Shown here: piece by piece, positions 18,376 through 28,865 of the stretch
How the letters are laid out: each line of letters starts with the position of its first letter
Numbering within the stretch: the first letter of the stretch is position 1
Assembly: GCA_049967475.1 (NCBI GenBank)
Contig: JBMFSQ010000024.1
Location: 1-56,260, forward strand
Direction of reading: 5' to 3'
DNA length: 56,260 bases
Origin: Chthonomonadales bacterium
Lineage (GTDB): Bacteria; Armatimonadota; Chthonomonadetes; Chthonomonadales; CAJBBX01
Position numbers and translations under genes: made by a program
Notes under the pieces: generated by a model
The model's input: the letters and a program-made list of their open reading frames with translations, nothing else
Told to the model about the DNA's origin: nothing
Database searches by the model: none

Positions 18376-18999
18376 TCAGAAGGTGAAAAGACCTCCGCCG
18401 GCACCGCCCGCCTCTCCCAGGGAAGCGATGATCGTCGCGAACGCTCCCCAGGAAGCCCACCAGGCGAAGCCTGCCACTGCCCCGAGCAGCGCCGCAACGG
18501 CAAAGCCACCAGAAGCGCCCAGCCGATGGGCCCAGCGCACACCGGCGGCCGATCCCCAGGGTATCCATACCAGATAAACGAGCGATGCCTGCAGCCCGCG
18601 AAGGCGCCACGGCACAGCACACAGCCACACGGGCGTAAGAACCGCAGCAGTAACCGCGAAGGAAAGCCCGAAGAAGATAGATGCCAAGGCCATTGCACGC
18701 CAAACCGGATGCCGTGCCAGCGGCGGGATGTTCCGAGCGGCCTCCACCAGGCTCAACCGCCGAGGAGGAGCGGCGCCACGCGGAGCAGGAAGAAGCTGCC
18801 TCCGCTCCAGTTCGATCTGGAGCAGGCGGTATCTCAAAGGATGGCGCAACACGTGGATGTTGAAGTAAATATCCTCCAATTCCGCTGCAGAGTACGAGCG
18901 CAGCCGGTCCCGATACGCCGCAAGCTCTTCCAGGCTCTCCTGGGTGGTACCGCCGCCCATGCCTTGCAAGGTGATGGCTCGCGGTCCGATGGACGTCAC
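18376..18999 (-). CDS. Hypothetical membrane protein
   Basis: 4-nt overlap with the birA stop; soluble N-terminus followed by 3-4 hydrophobic helices. Confidence 0.65.
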   Translation of the reverse strand: MTSIGPRAITLQGMGGGTTQESLEELAAYRDRLRSYSAAELEDIYFNIHVLRHPLRYRLLQIELERRQLLPAPRGAAPPRRLSLVEAARNIPPLARHPVWRAMALASIFFGLSFAVTAAVLTPVWLCAVPWRLRGLQASLVYLVWIPWGSAAGVRWAHRLGASGGFAVAALLGAVAGFAWWASWGAFATIIASLGEAGGAGGGLFTF

Positions 19000-19805
19000 C
19001 CGACGCCTCCCTCTCCAGAGCCCACAGGGCGAAGCGCCGTAGCCGACATGACCTCCATGCGCGAACCGCCGTCCAGAAGGAGGATGAGCGCGCCTGTGTC
19101 GGACACGCCTACTGCTGATCCCTCCTGCCCGCCATCTGCACCACGGATGCGGTATCGCGCACCGCCGGTTCGATCGCGGCTACGCCATTCAGCCAGCAGG
19201 CGGTCGTGCCCATCGGTATACAGCCTGCGGACCTCGCGTTCCAGATGAGCGCGCACCGTACGCTCGAGGGCATCGAGGTCCCACACGCGGCCGGTTTCCC
19301 GAAGTAGCGACGTGGCCTGCCCATCCAACGCGCCTGGGAAGCGGGTCACGTTCCCATTCACGCCGATACCCACCAAAGCCACGCCGCGGCCGCCGGCATC
19401 GAGGGCCGCCTCGATCAGCACTCCGCTGGCCTTTTTGCCGGAAATAAGAATGTCGTTAGGCCACTTGAGGCCCACTTCTATGCCCGCCAGCTCTTCCACA
19501 GCGAGAGCGACACACAGGCCCGCCGCGAAGGAAAGCATCGCAAGGGGGAATGAAGCGTTCTTGGGAAGCGGTATGGGATAGGTCACCAACAAGCACGTTC
19601 CCGGGGGCGCCACCCAGGCCCGCCCGAAGCGCCCGCGGCCTGCCGTCTGATACCCTGCGATGACGGCGGCGATGTTGGGGATGCCTTCCTGAATGAGCCT
19701 CCGGGCTACGTCTTGCGTTGAGGACACGCGTGCGTACCGCAGCACCCTTGCGCCGATGGAACAGGGCTGCCATTCCGCCAGCGGATCTGTATTCTCCATC
19801 TCCAT
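18996..19805 (-). CDS. birA: Biotin-protein ligase without N-terminal HTH
   Basis: SSTQ, QTAGRGRFGRAW, KWPND, KKASGVL and GIGVN. Confidence 0.93.
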   Translation of the reverse strand: MEMENTDPLAEWQPCSIGARVLRYARVSSTQDVARRLIQEGIPNIAAVIAGYQTAGRGRFGRAWVAPPGTCLLVTYPIPLPKNASFPLAMLSFAAGLCVALAVEELAGIEVGLKWPNDILISGKKASGVLIEAALDAGGRGVALVGIGVNGNVTRFPGALDGQATSLLRETGRVWDLDALERTVRAHLEREVRRLYTDGHDRLLAEWRSRDRTGGARYRIRGADGGQEGSAVGVSDTGALILLLDGGSRMEVMSATALRPVGSGEGGVG

Positions 19806-19823
19806 AGCCGGCCTCGCGCCGCT

Positions 19824-20672
19824 CTAGCTGCTCCCGCCCTCCAGATCCAGGCTGATATCCAAAGCCCGCACCGAGTGGGTTATCGCCCCCACCGAGATAA
19901 TCTGGACGCCCGAGCGGGCCAAGTTTCGGGCCTGTTCCACGGTAATGCCGCCGGAGGCTTCCACGCGAGCGCGTCCTCCGATGCGTTGGACGGCCTGGGC
20001 CACCATTTGGTTGCTCATATTGTCCAAAAGGATGGTGTCTGCCCCGGCGGTGAGGGCGGCTTCGATCTGTTCCAGGGTTTCGCACTCCACGGTGATGGTC
20101 ATGGTGTGAGGCGCGAACATCCGGGCTCGGCGAACCGCCTCGGCAACGCCGCCGGCAGCCACGATGTGGTTATCCTTGATGAGCACGGCATCATAGAGGC
20201 CCATGCGGTGATTGTATCCGCCTCCGAGGGTAACGGCCCACTTCTCCAGCACACGCAAACCGGGCGTCGTCTTTCGGGTGTCCACGATGCGGGCGGAAGT
20301 CCCGGCCACGGCATCCACGTACTGTCGGGTAAGGGTCGCAATGCCTCCCAAGCGCTGCAGGAAATTCAGGGCTGTGCGCTCTGCGCAGAGGATCGAGCGG
20401 GCAGGACCTTCTACCCTGGCAAGGACGCTCTCCGCCTTCACGTGGGCGCCGTCCCGCACTGCAGGAACGAAGCGGACACGCGCATCCACCTGCCGGAACA
20501 CCTCGGCGGCTACGGCAATGCCTGCCGCAACGCCATCCTCATGCATCACGATGCTGCCCACGGAATTCAGGTCGTGGGGGATCGTGCAGTAAGAGGTGAT
20601 ATCGCCCGTGCCTACGTCCTCCTGGAGGGCACATCGCACGATGTTTTCGATTGCAGAGAATGGTACGTCCAA
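19824..20672 (-). CDS. nadC: Quinolinate phosphoribosyltransferase
   Basis: EDVGTGDIT, DTRKTTPG, HRMGL, IKDNH, LLDN and EASGGI; inferred TTG start. Confidence 0.95.
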   Translation of the reverse strand: MDVPFSAIENIVRCALQEDVGTGDITSYCTIPHDLNSVGSIVMHEDGVAAGIAVAAEVFRQVDARVRFVPAVRDGAHVKAESVLARVEGPARSILCAERTALNFLQRLGGIATLTRQYVDAVAGTSARIVDTRKTTPGLRVLEKWAVTLGGGYNHRMGLYDAVLIKDNHIVAAGGVAEAVRRARMFAPHTMTITVECETLEQIEAALTAGADTILLDNMSNQMVAQAVQRIGGRARVEASGGITVEQARNLARSGVQIISVGAITHSVRALDISLDLEGGSS

Positions 20673-20703
20673 CCTTGGTCCTATCCTTGCCTTGCTAAAG
20701 GGA

Positions 20704-23598
20704 TCAACCCGTTGACTGCATGGCGGCTGCGATCCCTGTGATAGACAACAAGAGAGCCTCGCGCCACCGCTCCTTCTCGACCGCCTCCCCATCCTGGGGC
20801 ATTGCGTCCCACAGGTGCAGCAGAGCCACCTGGAGGCGGCTCAAGGGGGCAACTAGGGGACTTCGGAACTCCACTGTGCGGCGCACCACATCCGTGTCCT
20901 CCAGCAACCGGCTGCCTCCCGTAACGGTGAGCACCCAACGGAGGGTCCGTTCATACTCCTCGGCGATGCGGGCGTGAAAGCGCTCTCCCAGCTCCGGAGG
21001 CTTCACGGTGCGCGCATACCACCGTGCTGTGGGAAGATGGGCGCGGGCCAGCTCCAACTGAGCGTTGTCAATTACCGTTTTGAAGAAGGTCCATTTGCGG
21101 TACATTTCTTGAAGCATTTGCACGTGGCCTGGCGCGCTCTGGGCGAACCATTCCAGTGCGGTCCCCACACCGTACCATCCCGGCACGACATATCGGCTTT
21201 GCACCCAGGCGAAGACCCACGGGATGGCCCGCAGCTCATGGAGCCCTACAATCTGCCCACCCGGGCGGTATACGGGTCGGGACGCGATGGGCAGGCGGCT
21301 GATATGGGCGATGGGGGTAGCCTGGGCGTAGAAGCTCCAGAAGTCTGCATCGTCATATACTAGGGCGCGGTACACCTGCTGGGATGTCTGCGCCATGGCC
21401 CGCATTGCCCGCACCCATTCCTGCCCCGGCTGGGGACGCTTCAAGCTTTCGGCAGAAGCCAGCAGCACGGCATTGGCAATCTGCTCGAGGTGCCGGTGGG
21501 CGATGGGGGCCAGACTGTACCGGAACGAGATCACCTCGCCTTGTTCCGTAAAGCGGATCCTGCCCGAGAAGCTGCCGGGCGCCTGGCTCAGGATGGCCCG
21601 ATTGGCTCGGCCGCCGCCGCGTCCCACGGTGCCGCCTCGGCCGTGAAAGATGCGCAACGTGATATGGGAGGCTTCGCAAAGACGTGCCAGCCGAACTTGT
21701 GTGTCCCGAAGAGACCAATTTGCGGCCAGGTAGCCGCCATCCTTGCTGGAGTCCGAATAACCCAGCATGATCTCCTGAAAGCGGCCGCGTGCCTCCAAAT
21801 GCTGCGCATAGGCCTTGTTCCCAAAGAGGCGCGCCATAAACTCGTGGCAGGCGCGCAGATCTGCAATGGTCTCAAACAGCGGTACCACGTCGAGTTGGCT
21901 CTCCAACTTCGGGCCGCCCTCACCTGGCCGCCACCGCACCAGTCCCGCCTCTTTGGCGAGGAGCAGCACCTCCAGCACATCGCTCACTCCATGCGTCATG
22001 CTGATGACGTAGGAGGGAACGGCGTTAGGCGAGATATAGGTGTGGGCATGGCGGATGACTTCGAACACCCGCGTAATATGGCGCGTGGCCTCCGAGGCCT
22101 CCCAATCGCGCGGAGCGAGCGGGCGGGGAGTAAAGAGTTCTTTGGTGAGCAAGCGCACCTTCTCGGCTTCGGTCAAGGAACTGTACGGGCGATCTGCCGG
22201 AAGCACACCCGCAACGGCGAAGAGTTCGTCTAGAGCGCGCGCGTGCTCGTCGCTGTGCTGGCGCACATCCAATCCGGCAAGGTGAAAACCGAAGGTCCTC
22301 AACTGGATGATCAGGTGCGCCAGCGCTCCTTCCTCAGCAAGGATCTCGGCCCGGTTCGCCCGGAGGCTCCTTTGGAGCAGGAGAAGATCATCCAGGAGAT
22401 CCGCAGAATGGGGATAGGCCGGCGGATGTGCAACGAAGCCCGGCCCCTCTGCCTCAAGATCCAAAAGCGCAGCCAGGTGGTCGAGGCTAACCTTGAGCCG
22501 GGCTTGTATGTATTGCAGCTTGAGGGCATAGGGTTCTGCTGCATATCGCCGCTGCCTCTCTTGGGACACCAGGCCCGTGCTGCGGTCACGCTCCAGGCTC
22601 TCCAAAAGTTCTGCACTTGCGGGCACGAGGCGGGTGCTCTGCGTCAGTTCCCGGCGAAGCGCAGCAACCCGCGTCATATAGTGGCGCAGGGCGTGTTCCT
22701 TGTGAAGGAGCAGAGTATGCCATGTAACTTCCGGGGTAACGTTTGGATTGCCGTCCCGGTCCCCGCCGACCCAGGAGCGGAACTGGAGGAACGGCGGGAT
22801 CTCGAAGGTATGCCCGGGATAGGCGAGGCGCAGGGCCTTGCGGAGGTCATCGTGGAGCCACGGCACCACGTCCATAATGGTGTGATCGAAGAAGTAGAGG
22901 GCATTGCGCACCTCATCCATTACGGTGATGGGGCTTGCGCGTAGCTCATCGGTCTGCCAGAGTTCCACCAATGTCCGCCGCAGCTCCCGCTCGCTCAATT
23001 CGGCTGTATTGATAGGCCCGTCCAGCCGGGGTGCTTCTACGGGCATGGATTGCTCGGCCAGCCAACGGGCGAGGGCGAGGAGTTTGTCCATCACAGCCCT
23101 GCGGCGCGCCTCCGTGGGGTGGGCGGTAAGTGTGGGGCAGATCTGCATGCGTGTGAGGAGGGACTGCATCTCCTCCGGGCCCGCACCGGCAGCCTTGATG
23201 CGGTAGACGGCCTCGCGGATCGATTCGGGCCTGGGCTGGCCGGTGGAGTGGGCCTGTCGCAGGCGGTTCACACGGACAATCTCCTTCTGTTCAGCCATGT
23301 TGAGCGCCTGAAAGAGGATGGTATAGGCTCTAAGAATGCGCGTAACGGTGCCGGCGTCTTTCAATTCGGGGATGCGGTCGAAGAGGCGCGTGGGATCATC
23401 ATCATCCAGGTCACAGAGCCTCCGCGCGAGTTCTACCACATCGGCGCTCTCCTGCGAGCGGAGCGTCTCACCCATGAGGCCGTCAATGAGCAGAATGTCG
23501 CGGCAGAGAGCTTCAGGCAGCCCTACACGCCCGGGATCCAGCCCCAAAAAGCAGCGGTTCACTTCGCACCTGTTCGGATCTTCTTGCGCGGCACTCAT
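20704..23598 (-). CDS. ppc: Phosphoenolpyruvate carboxylase
   Basis: LTAHPTE, WVGGDRDGNP, MLGYSDSSKDGG, FHGRGGTVGRGG, LRAIPW and C-terminal MQSTG. Confidence 0.97.
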   Translation of the reverse strand: MSAAQEDPNRCEVNRCFLGLDPGRVGLPEALCRDILLIDGLMGETLRSQESADVVELARRLCDLDDDDPTRLFDRIPELKDAGTVTRILRAYTILFQALNMAEQKEIVRVNRLRQAHSTGQPRPESIREAVYRIKAAGAGPEEMQSLLTRMQICPTLTAHPTEARRRAVMDKLLALARWLAEQSMPVEAPRLDGPINTAELSERELRRTLVELWQTDELRASPITVMDEVRNALYFFDHTIMDVVPWLHDDLRKALRLAYPGHTFEIPPFLQFRSWVGGDRDGNPNVTPEVTWHTLLLHKEHALRHYMTRVAALRRELTQSTRLVPASAELLESLERDRSTGLVSQERQRRYAAEPYALKLQYIQARLKVSLDHLAALLDLEAEGPGFVAHPPAYPHSADLLDDLLLLQRSLRANRAEILAEEGALAHLIIQLRTFGFHLAGLDVRQHSDEHARALDELFAVAGVLPADRPYSSLTEAEKVRLLTKELFTPRPLAPRDWEASEATRHITRVFEVIRHAHTYISPNAVPSYVISMTHGVSDVLEVLLLAKEAGLVRWRPGEGGPKLESQLDVVPLFETIADLRACHEFMARLFGNKAYAQHLEARGRFQEIMLGYSDSSKDGGYLAANWSLRDTQVRLARLCEASHITLRIFHGRGGTVGRGGGRANRAILSQAPGSFSGRIRFTEQGEVISFRYSLAPIAHRHLEQIANAVLLASAESLKRPQPGQEWVRAMRAMAQTSQQVYRALVYDDADFWSFYAQATPIAHISRLPIASRPVYRPGGQIVGLHELRAIPWVFAWVQSRYVVPGWYGVGTALEWFAQSAPGHVQMLQEMYRKWTFFKTVIDNAQLELARAHLPTARWYARTVKPPELGERFHARIAEEYERTLRWVLTVTGGSRLLEDTDVVRRTVEFRSPLVAPLSRLQVALLHLWDAMPQDGEAVEKERWREALLLSITGIAAAMQSTG

Positions 23599-23617
23599 CA
23601 AGCCTCTACTCCATTCC

Positions 23618-25003
23618 TCAGGCGGCCGGAGCCATGAGGCCAATGCGGAGGGCCTCGGCCAAACTTGCTACCCGCTCGATCTTGATCCCGGTCCGCTCGC
23701 GGCTTCCACGGGCTTGATGCCGTGACACGATGGCCCGGGCAAAGCCCATGCGCTCTGCCTCGGCGAGGCGTTTCTCCAACTGTGGAACCGCCCTCACTTC
23801 CCCGCCCAGCCCTACTTCGCCCACCAAAACGGTGCGGGGCTCCACAGGCCTCTCCCAGAAATTGGAAGCCACCGCCGAAGCCACGGCCAGATCCGCCGCC
23901 GGTTCCATGACACGTACGCCCCCCGCCACATTCACGAAGATGTCTTGGTCTCCAAGCCGCAGCCCCAGCCTCTTCTCCAACACCGCAACCAACATGTTCA
24001 CCCGGTTATAATCAATCCCGGTGCAGAGGCGGCGCGGCGCGGCCAGGTAGGAGCGCGTCACCAGCGACTGCACCTCCACCAGGAGGGAACGTGAGCCTTC
24101 CAAAGTGGCAGCCACAGCCGATCCGCTCGTATTTACAGACCTCTGAGCCAACAGAGCCGCAGAAGCGTTCTCCACCGGCGCCAACCCTTCCGGCCCCATC
24201 TCGAAGATGCCGATCTCGTCCGTAGAGCCGAAGCGGTTCTTCACGGCGCGGAGGATGCGGTACGCATGGTGGCGATCTCCTTCAAAATAGAGCACTGTGT
24301 CCACCATGTGCTCCAAAACCCGGGGGCCGGCGATGGATCCCTCCTTCGTAACGTGCCCGATCAGGAACACTGCGGCTCCGCCGCCCTTCGCCAGGCGCAC
24401 GAGATGGTTTGCGCACTCCCGAACCTGGCTGACGGTGCCGGGGGGCGATTGCAAATCGGGATCATACACCGTTTGGATCGAGTCCACCACGAGGAGGACT
24501 GCTTCGGTAGCCTCGGCCTGCTGCAGGATGGAACCCACATCGGTTTCGTTCATTACCAAAAAGCCAGGCGAGGCCGCTCCCAAACGATCGCACCGCATCC
24601 TGATCTGTTGGACCGACTCCTCGCCGCTCACGTATAGCACGGAAGATGCCGAAGCGCAGCCGGCGCCGGAGCTTATGTTGTGGGACACCTGGGTGAGGAG
24701 CGTACTTTTGCCAATTCCCGGATCGCCGCCTACCAGTATCACGCTGCCTGGAACGATGCCCCCGCCCAGCACGCGGTCTAGTTCCGTGAGGCCGCTGTTC
24801 CAGCGCCGGCCGACTTGTACGGGGACCCCATTTATGGGTTCAGGCCGCGCGGTCCCCTTAGGATGGGCCGGAGATCTGCCGCCGGGCGACCCCGCTTCCT
24901 CGATGAAGGAGTTCCACGCCGCGCACTCGGGGCAGCGGCCCAGCCATCGAGGTGAGCTGCAGCCGCACGCCTGGCATACGAACCGGCTGGACGTTCTAGG
25001 CAT
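23618..25003 (-). CDS. radA: DNA repair protein RadA/Sms
   Basis: C4 zinc finger, GDPGIGKST, KNRFG and Lon-like C-terminus. Confidence 0.97.
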   Translation of the reverse strand: MPRTSSRFVCQACGCSSPRWLGRCPECAAWNSFIEEAGSPGGRSPAHPKGTARPEPINGVPVQVGRRWNSGLTELDRVLGGGIVPGSVILVGGDPGIGKSTLLTQVSHNISSGAGCASASSVLYVSGEESVQQIRMRCDRLGAASPGFLVMNETDVGSILQQAEATEAVLLVVDSIQTVYDPDLQSPPGTVSQVRECANHLVRLAKGGGAAVFLIGHVTKEGSIAGPRVLEHMVDTVLYFEGDRHHAYRILRAVKNRFGSTDEIGIFEMGPEGLAPVENASAALLAQRSVNTSGSAVAATLEGSRSLLVEVQSLVTRSYLAAPRRLCTGIDYNRVNMLVAVLEKRLGLRLGDQDIFVNVAGGVRVMEPAADLAVASAVASNFWERPVEPRTVLVGEVGLGGEVRAVPQLEKRLAEAERMGFARAIVSRHQARGSRERTGIKIERVASLAEALRIGLMAPAA

Positions 25004-25046
25004 AGATCTGTGCTTAGGGTGTCTGCCCGCAAACGAGCACGGTGGC

Positions 25047-25838
25047 CTACCGCATCTCCTGGCCGCCGGTGACGTTGATGGCTTGGCCCGTCATGTAGCT
25101 GGCTTCGTCGGAGGCCAGGAATACCAGCACGTTGCATACATCCTCATAGGTGCAGCCGCGACCCAGGGGAACCTGCTCTTCGTACTTTCGCCGCACTTCT
25201 TCTTTGGTGATGCCCCACTTGCGGGCATACTGCTCATAGAGGCTCTCTTGCCACAGCGTCCCCTCCAAGAGATTGCCGGGGCAAATGGCGTTGACGCGTA
25301 CTCCGTACGGGGCTAAATCCAGGGCGATGGATTGGGTGAGGCCGATACCGCCGAATTTGCTGGCGGAATAGGCGCTGTTGCGAAAACTGCCCTTCTTGCC
25401 GGACTTCGAGTTAATTTGGATAATGACGCCTTTCTTCTGCGGGGCCATAACGCGGGCTGCGGCACGGGCGCACAGGAAGTAGCCGTACAGGTTTACATCC
25501 AGAACCTTGCGCCACGCGTCGGCAGGAAATTCGAGGATGTCGTGTGCAATCAAGATGCCGGCATTCGCCACCATGAGGTCTAGTCCGCCAAACGTGCTCA
25601 CGGTGCGCTCCACCATGGCGTCTACTTCCGCCTCGGATGTAACATCTACCTTGAGGGCGAGGGTGCGGCAGGAATGTTTGGCGGCGATGTCCTGCGCCAC
25701 ATTCGCTGCCTTGGGTTCATTGACGTCGGCCAAGGTTACCGCCGCGCAACCCTCTGCGGCCAATCTTCGTGCGATGGCCTCGCCAAGCCCCTGCGCGGCG
25801 CCTGTTACAATCGCGATGCGACCCTTCAATCGCTCCAT
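25047..25838 (-). CDS. srlD: Sorbitol-6-phosphate dehydrogenase-like SDR
   Basis: TGAAQGLG, QINSKSGKKG, YSASKFGG, GNLL and VPLGRGC. Confidence 0.8.
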   Translation of the reverse strand: MERLKGRIAIVTGAAQGLGEAIARRLAAEGCAAVTLADVNEPKAANVAQDIAAKHSCRTLALKVDVTSEAEVDAMVERTVSTFGGLDLMVANAGILIAHDILEFPADAWRKVLDVNLYGYFLCARAAARVMAPQKKGVIIQINSKSGKKGSFRNSAYSASKFGGIGLTQSIALDLAPYGVRVNAICPGNLLEGTLWQESLYEQYARKWGITKEEVRRKYEEQVPLGRGCTYEDVCNVLVFLASDEASYMTGQAINVTGGQEMR

Positions 25839-25877
25839 AAGTGTCCTGCTCCAACGATGGATGTGGGCCCGCCGACC

Positions 25878-27614
25878 CTAGGCTCCCGAACTTCCCAGGG
25901 TTAGGCGCAACAACTCCTCCTCCGCTTCCCGTGTCCAAAACTGCCCGTCCTTCAGCTTTGCCGCAACGGAGGGGTAAAAATGCTTTAGCTCCGGCAGCGG
26001 CGTGAGGGGCAGATCATGGATCAGAGGGAAGATCACGGTCTTGCCGGGGAAGCGCGCTTCCTTAACAGCCCGTATGCCTTCGCGGGCTGCCTTCATCCCC
26101 CCGATGGCCGCCAGAGACATGTTGGTATCGAGCTGCCCGGTCTCCATCTTCTCCAGCGCCTGCCTCATATCTGCCAGGCTGGAGCCGCTGCTGCCGACGT
26201 ATCGTACACCCCGCTGCAAGATGGCATTGTAATCCAATTGCGCCATGATCCCTCGGGCCACTCCTGCGAAGATGTTGAACCAGGCTCCCTGTGCCAGGAA
26301 GCCCGATGCATGCTCGATGAGGGCCGGCACAGGTACCAGGGACACGATGTCATCGAAACCGCGTCCCTCTGAGAGCCGGTTCAGTTCCGCGTCAAAGGAT
26401 TGCGCGTCCATCGTGCGCGGGTTCAACAATACCAGGTCCACTCCTCGCTTTGTTGCGGTGGCGCGGAAGCGGTCTGCAACGCTCTGGAGGCGTTCGCTGT
26501 CTATGTCGCTGGCGACGATGCGCCGTGGCGGATGGGGGAGCATCACGGCGCGCTGCACATGCATCTGGCCCATGGGCCCCCCTGCACCGATGAACCAGGC
26601 CACCCCGCCTTCTTTGAGCTCCGCTCCCCGCACCTCACGATAGGCGTCGGCTGCTTTGCGTGAAGTCGTTCCTACGTAATGATGCCAATTGTAATGAACG
26701 CGGCCGATATCCAGGGAGAGCTTCCGCGGGAAGAGCCGGTCGCTTATGACGGCAAAGACGCCGTGGTCCGCGAGGGTCGTGGCAGCCATCTCCACTACTT
26801 CCGGCGCCACAGCCCCCAGTATGAGGATGTCGTCGAAGCCTTTACCCACGGTGTGCGCCTGCTTCAGTTCGGCCCAATCCGCTACGGTGGCCAATTCCAC
26901 GACTTCCTCGCTCCCGAGGATCTCCAGGCCGGCGCCGACCACTCCGGTGCAGGAGCCTATCACGGTAACTTCGGCAGGTTTGGACGATGGGGTCACCATC
27001 CCGGCACAATCTACCTGCGACGCGCCTTCTCCTTCGATAACCAACAGCCGCCCGCCCGGCTTTAGGGCGGACCGGTGCGCCTGCATATACGCCGACACCA
27101 CGCACGCCCATGGCTCCACCAATGCGGCTTCAACATATCCGTCGGCTGGGTTGATGGGCACCAGATAACATCCTTCGTCGCCCTCGATCATCTCCATGGG
27201 AATGATGCTGTATTCCGAAAGTCCGCCAGGAAACACGTATCCGTAGGCCATGGACACGCCCTTGTAGAACACGTCCGCCTGGATGATGAAGCGCTGCCCT
27301 ACGTGGAAACGATCCGCCAGCTCGCTCCCTACTTTGACCACGGTGCACGACACCTCGTGTCCCAGGGTAACGGGCCGGCGCGACAGATCCCGCCCCTGGA
27401 GCCGGGGATGGTTCTCCCCGAGCGTTATGACCTTGATGTCCGAGAAGCAGATGCCGTTGGCATCCTGGCGCACAAGGAGCTCATGGGGGCCAGGTACCGG
27501 TACCGCCACCTCTTCTAAACGCAAACCCTCCAGCCCGTTCCCGTAAAAATGCCACCTCAGCATCCGTTCCGGGATGGGGCCTGTTCCTGCACGGTATTCG
27601 TCCAGCTTGTTCAT
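25878..27614 (-). CDS. Long MDR-family dehydrogenase, L-sorbose-1-phosphate reductase-like
   Basis: GICFSD, LGHE, EPWACV, GAGGPMG and NIFAG; 578 aa. Confidence 0.75.
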   Translation of the reverse strand: MNKLDEYRAGTGPIPERMLRWHFYGNGLEGLRLEEVAVPVPGPHELLVRQDANGICFSDIKVITLGENHPRLQGRDLSRRPVTLGHEVSCTVVKVGSELADRFHVGQRFIIQADVFYKGVSMAYGYVFPGGLSEYSIIPMEMIEGDEGCYLVPINPADGYVEAALVEPWACVVSAYMQAHRSALKPGGRLLVIEGEGASQVDCAGMVTPSSKPAEVTVIGSCTGVVGAGLEILGSEEVVELATVADWAELKQAHTVGKGFDDILILGAVAPEVVEMAATTLADHGVFAVISDRLFPRKLSLDIGRVHYNWHHYVGTTSRKAADAYREVRGAELKEGGVAWFIGAGGPMGQMHVQRAVMLPHPPRRIVASDIDSERLQSVADRFRATATKRGVDLVLLNPRTMDAQSFDAELNRLSEGRGFDDIVSLVPVPALIEHASGFLAQGAWFNIFAGVARGIMAQLDYNAILQRGVRYVGSSGSSLADMRQALEKMETGQLDTNMSLAAIGGMKAAREGIRAVKEARFPGKTVIFPLIHDLPLTPLPELKHFYPSVAAKLKDGQFWTREAEEELLRLTLGSSGA

Positions 27615-27661
27615 GACTTGATTTCCTTACGGCCTGATCGCCTTACACACGTAGCGATGCT

Positions 27662-28801
27662 TCAGGCAAACTTAGGATCCGTGACGCGCTGTTCCCGCAC
27701 GACCTGCTTTCCACGGGAATGGGCTTTGAGTTGTTCCAACAAAGCATCATAGGCAGAGCGGTCTACAGGCAGATCCACAGGTTTGTTCGTATGGCCCGAA
27801 AGAATGAGGGCATTGATCATCTCGACGGCATTGATGCCCTCTTTGCCGGGAGCGATGAGGCTTTCGCCATAGAGGATTGCCCGCGCAAAGTTCCGGGTGA
27901 TATCGGCGTGCCCTCCGCCGCCTTCCGGCACTTCCAGGGGAACCCTCTCGGCTTCCGGTGAAGACCACATTTCTGTGGCCTCCCGAACGTGGCGGCTGAT
28001 GGGCGTCTTGAGTTCGTAGAATTCCAGGTTCGAGCCGCTCAGGACGAGCTTCCCGCAGTCCCCGCACAGCTCCAGCCGGTCATCGCCCGGCGCCTCGATG
28101 GTGGAAGCGTAGAGATACCCGTGGGCTCCGTTGGGATACTCCAGTAGAGCGAAGGCTTCATCCTCCACCTCGATCTGGTGTCGCCGGGTGCGCGTGGCCC
28201 CTGTGAGGCGCGAAGGCAGGCCGCCCAGCCATGTGAACAGATCCAGCGAATGGGGCGCCTGATTGATCAATACGCCGCCGCCTTCTCCGGTCCACGTTGC
28301 CCGCCATCCGCCCGAATCGTAGTAGGCTTGGCTTCGGTACCATCCCATGACCATGAGCGTGCGGTAGATCTCGCCCAGGCGCCCTTCTTCCACGATGCGC
28401 CGTGCCGTTTGGATGCGGCCGGAGGATCTCATCTGGTACATCACGCCGAACCGGCATCCCGACGCCTCCGCGGCTTGGATCATCGCATCCGCAGCGGACA
28501 CGGTGACTGCAATAGGCTTTTCGGAAAGCACATGGATGGAACGCTTGAAGGCCTCGATGGCAATGGGCGGGTGGAAATAGTGGGGTGTCGCGATGATCAC
28601 CGCATCCACCAATCCGCTGTCGAGCAGGTCTTGGGGATTGGTGTACCAAGGGACGCCGTACTTCTCGCCTACGGAGCGCGCCACGTCTTCCACCACATCA
28701 CACACCGCGGTGAGCTGCGCTTCCTCGATTTCCGCCATGGTGCGGCAGTGCCCGGAGCCCATACCGCCCGTACCGATCACCCCAAAGCGAACCTTTTCCA
28801 T
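27662..28801 (-). CDS. Gfo/Idh/MocA oxidoreductase
   Basis: GVIGTGGMG, EKP, GGGVLINQAPH and EVED. Confidence 0.92.
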   Translation of the reverse strand: MEKVRFGVIGTGGMGSGHCRTMAEIEEAQLTAVCDVVEDVARSVGEKYGVPWYTNPQDLLDSGLVDAVIIATPHYFHPPIAIEAFKRSIHVLSEKPIAVTVSAADAMIQAAEASGCRFGVMYQMRSSGRIQTARRIVEEGRLGEIYRTLMVMGWYRSQAYYDSGGWRATWTGEGGGVLINQAPHSLDLFTWLGGLPSRLTGATRTRRHQIEVEDEAFALLEYPNGAHGYLYASTIEAPGDDRLELCGDCGKLVLSGSNLEFYELKTPISRHVREATEMWSSPEAERVPLEVPEGGGGHADITRNFARAILYGESLIAPGKEGINAVEMINALILSGHTNKPVDLPVDRSAYDALLEQLKAHSRGKQVVREQRVTDPKFA

Positions 28802-28865
28802 TGCCGTCCTCACTGGATGCGCGCGCCAAGGCGGCGCAGCGCGTTTTGCGCACGCGGGACCGCGG

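Noticed and set aside
23618..25003. radA-disA c-di-AMP linkage
   Set aside because: The gene after radA is ppc; no disA here
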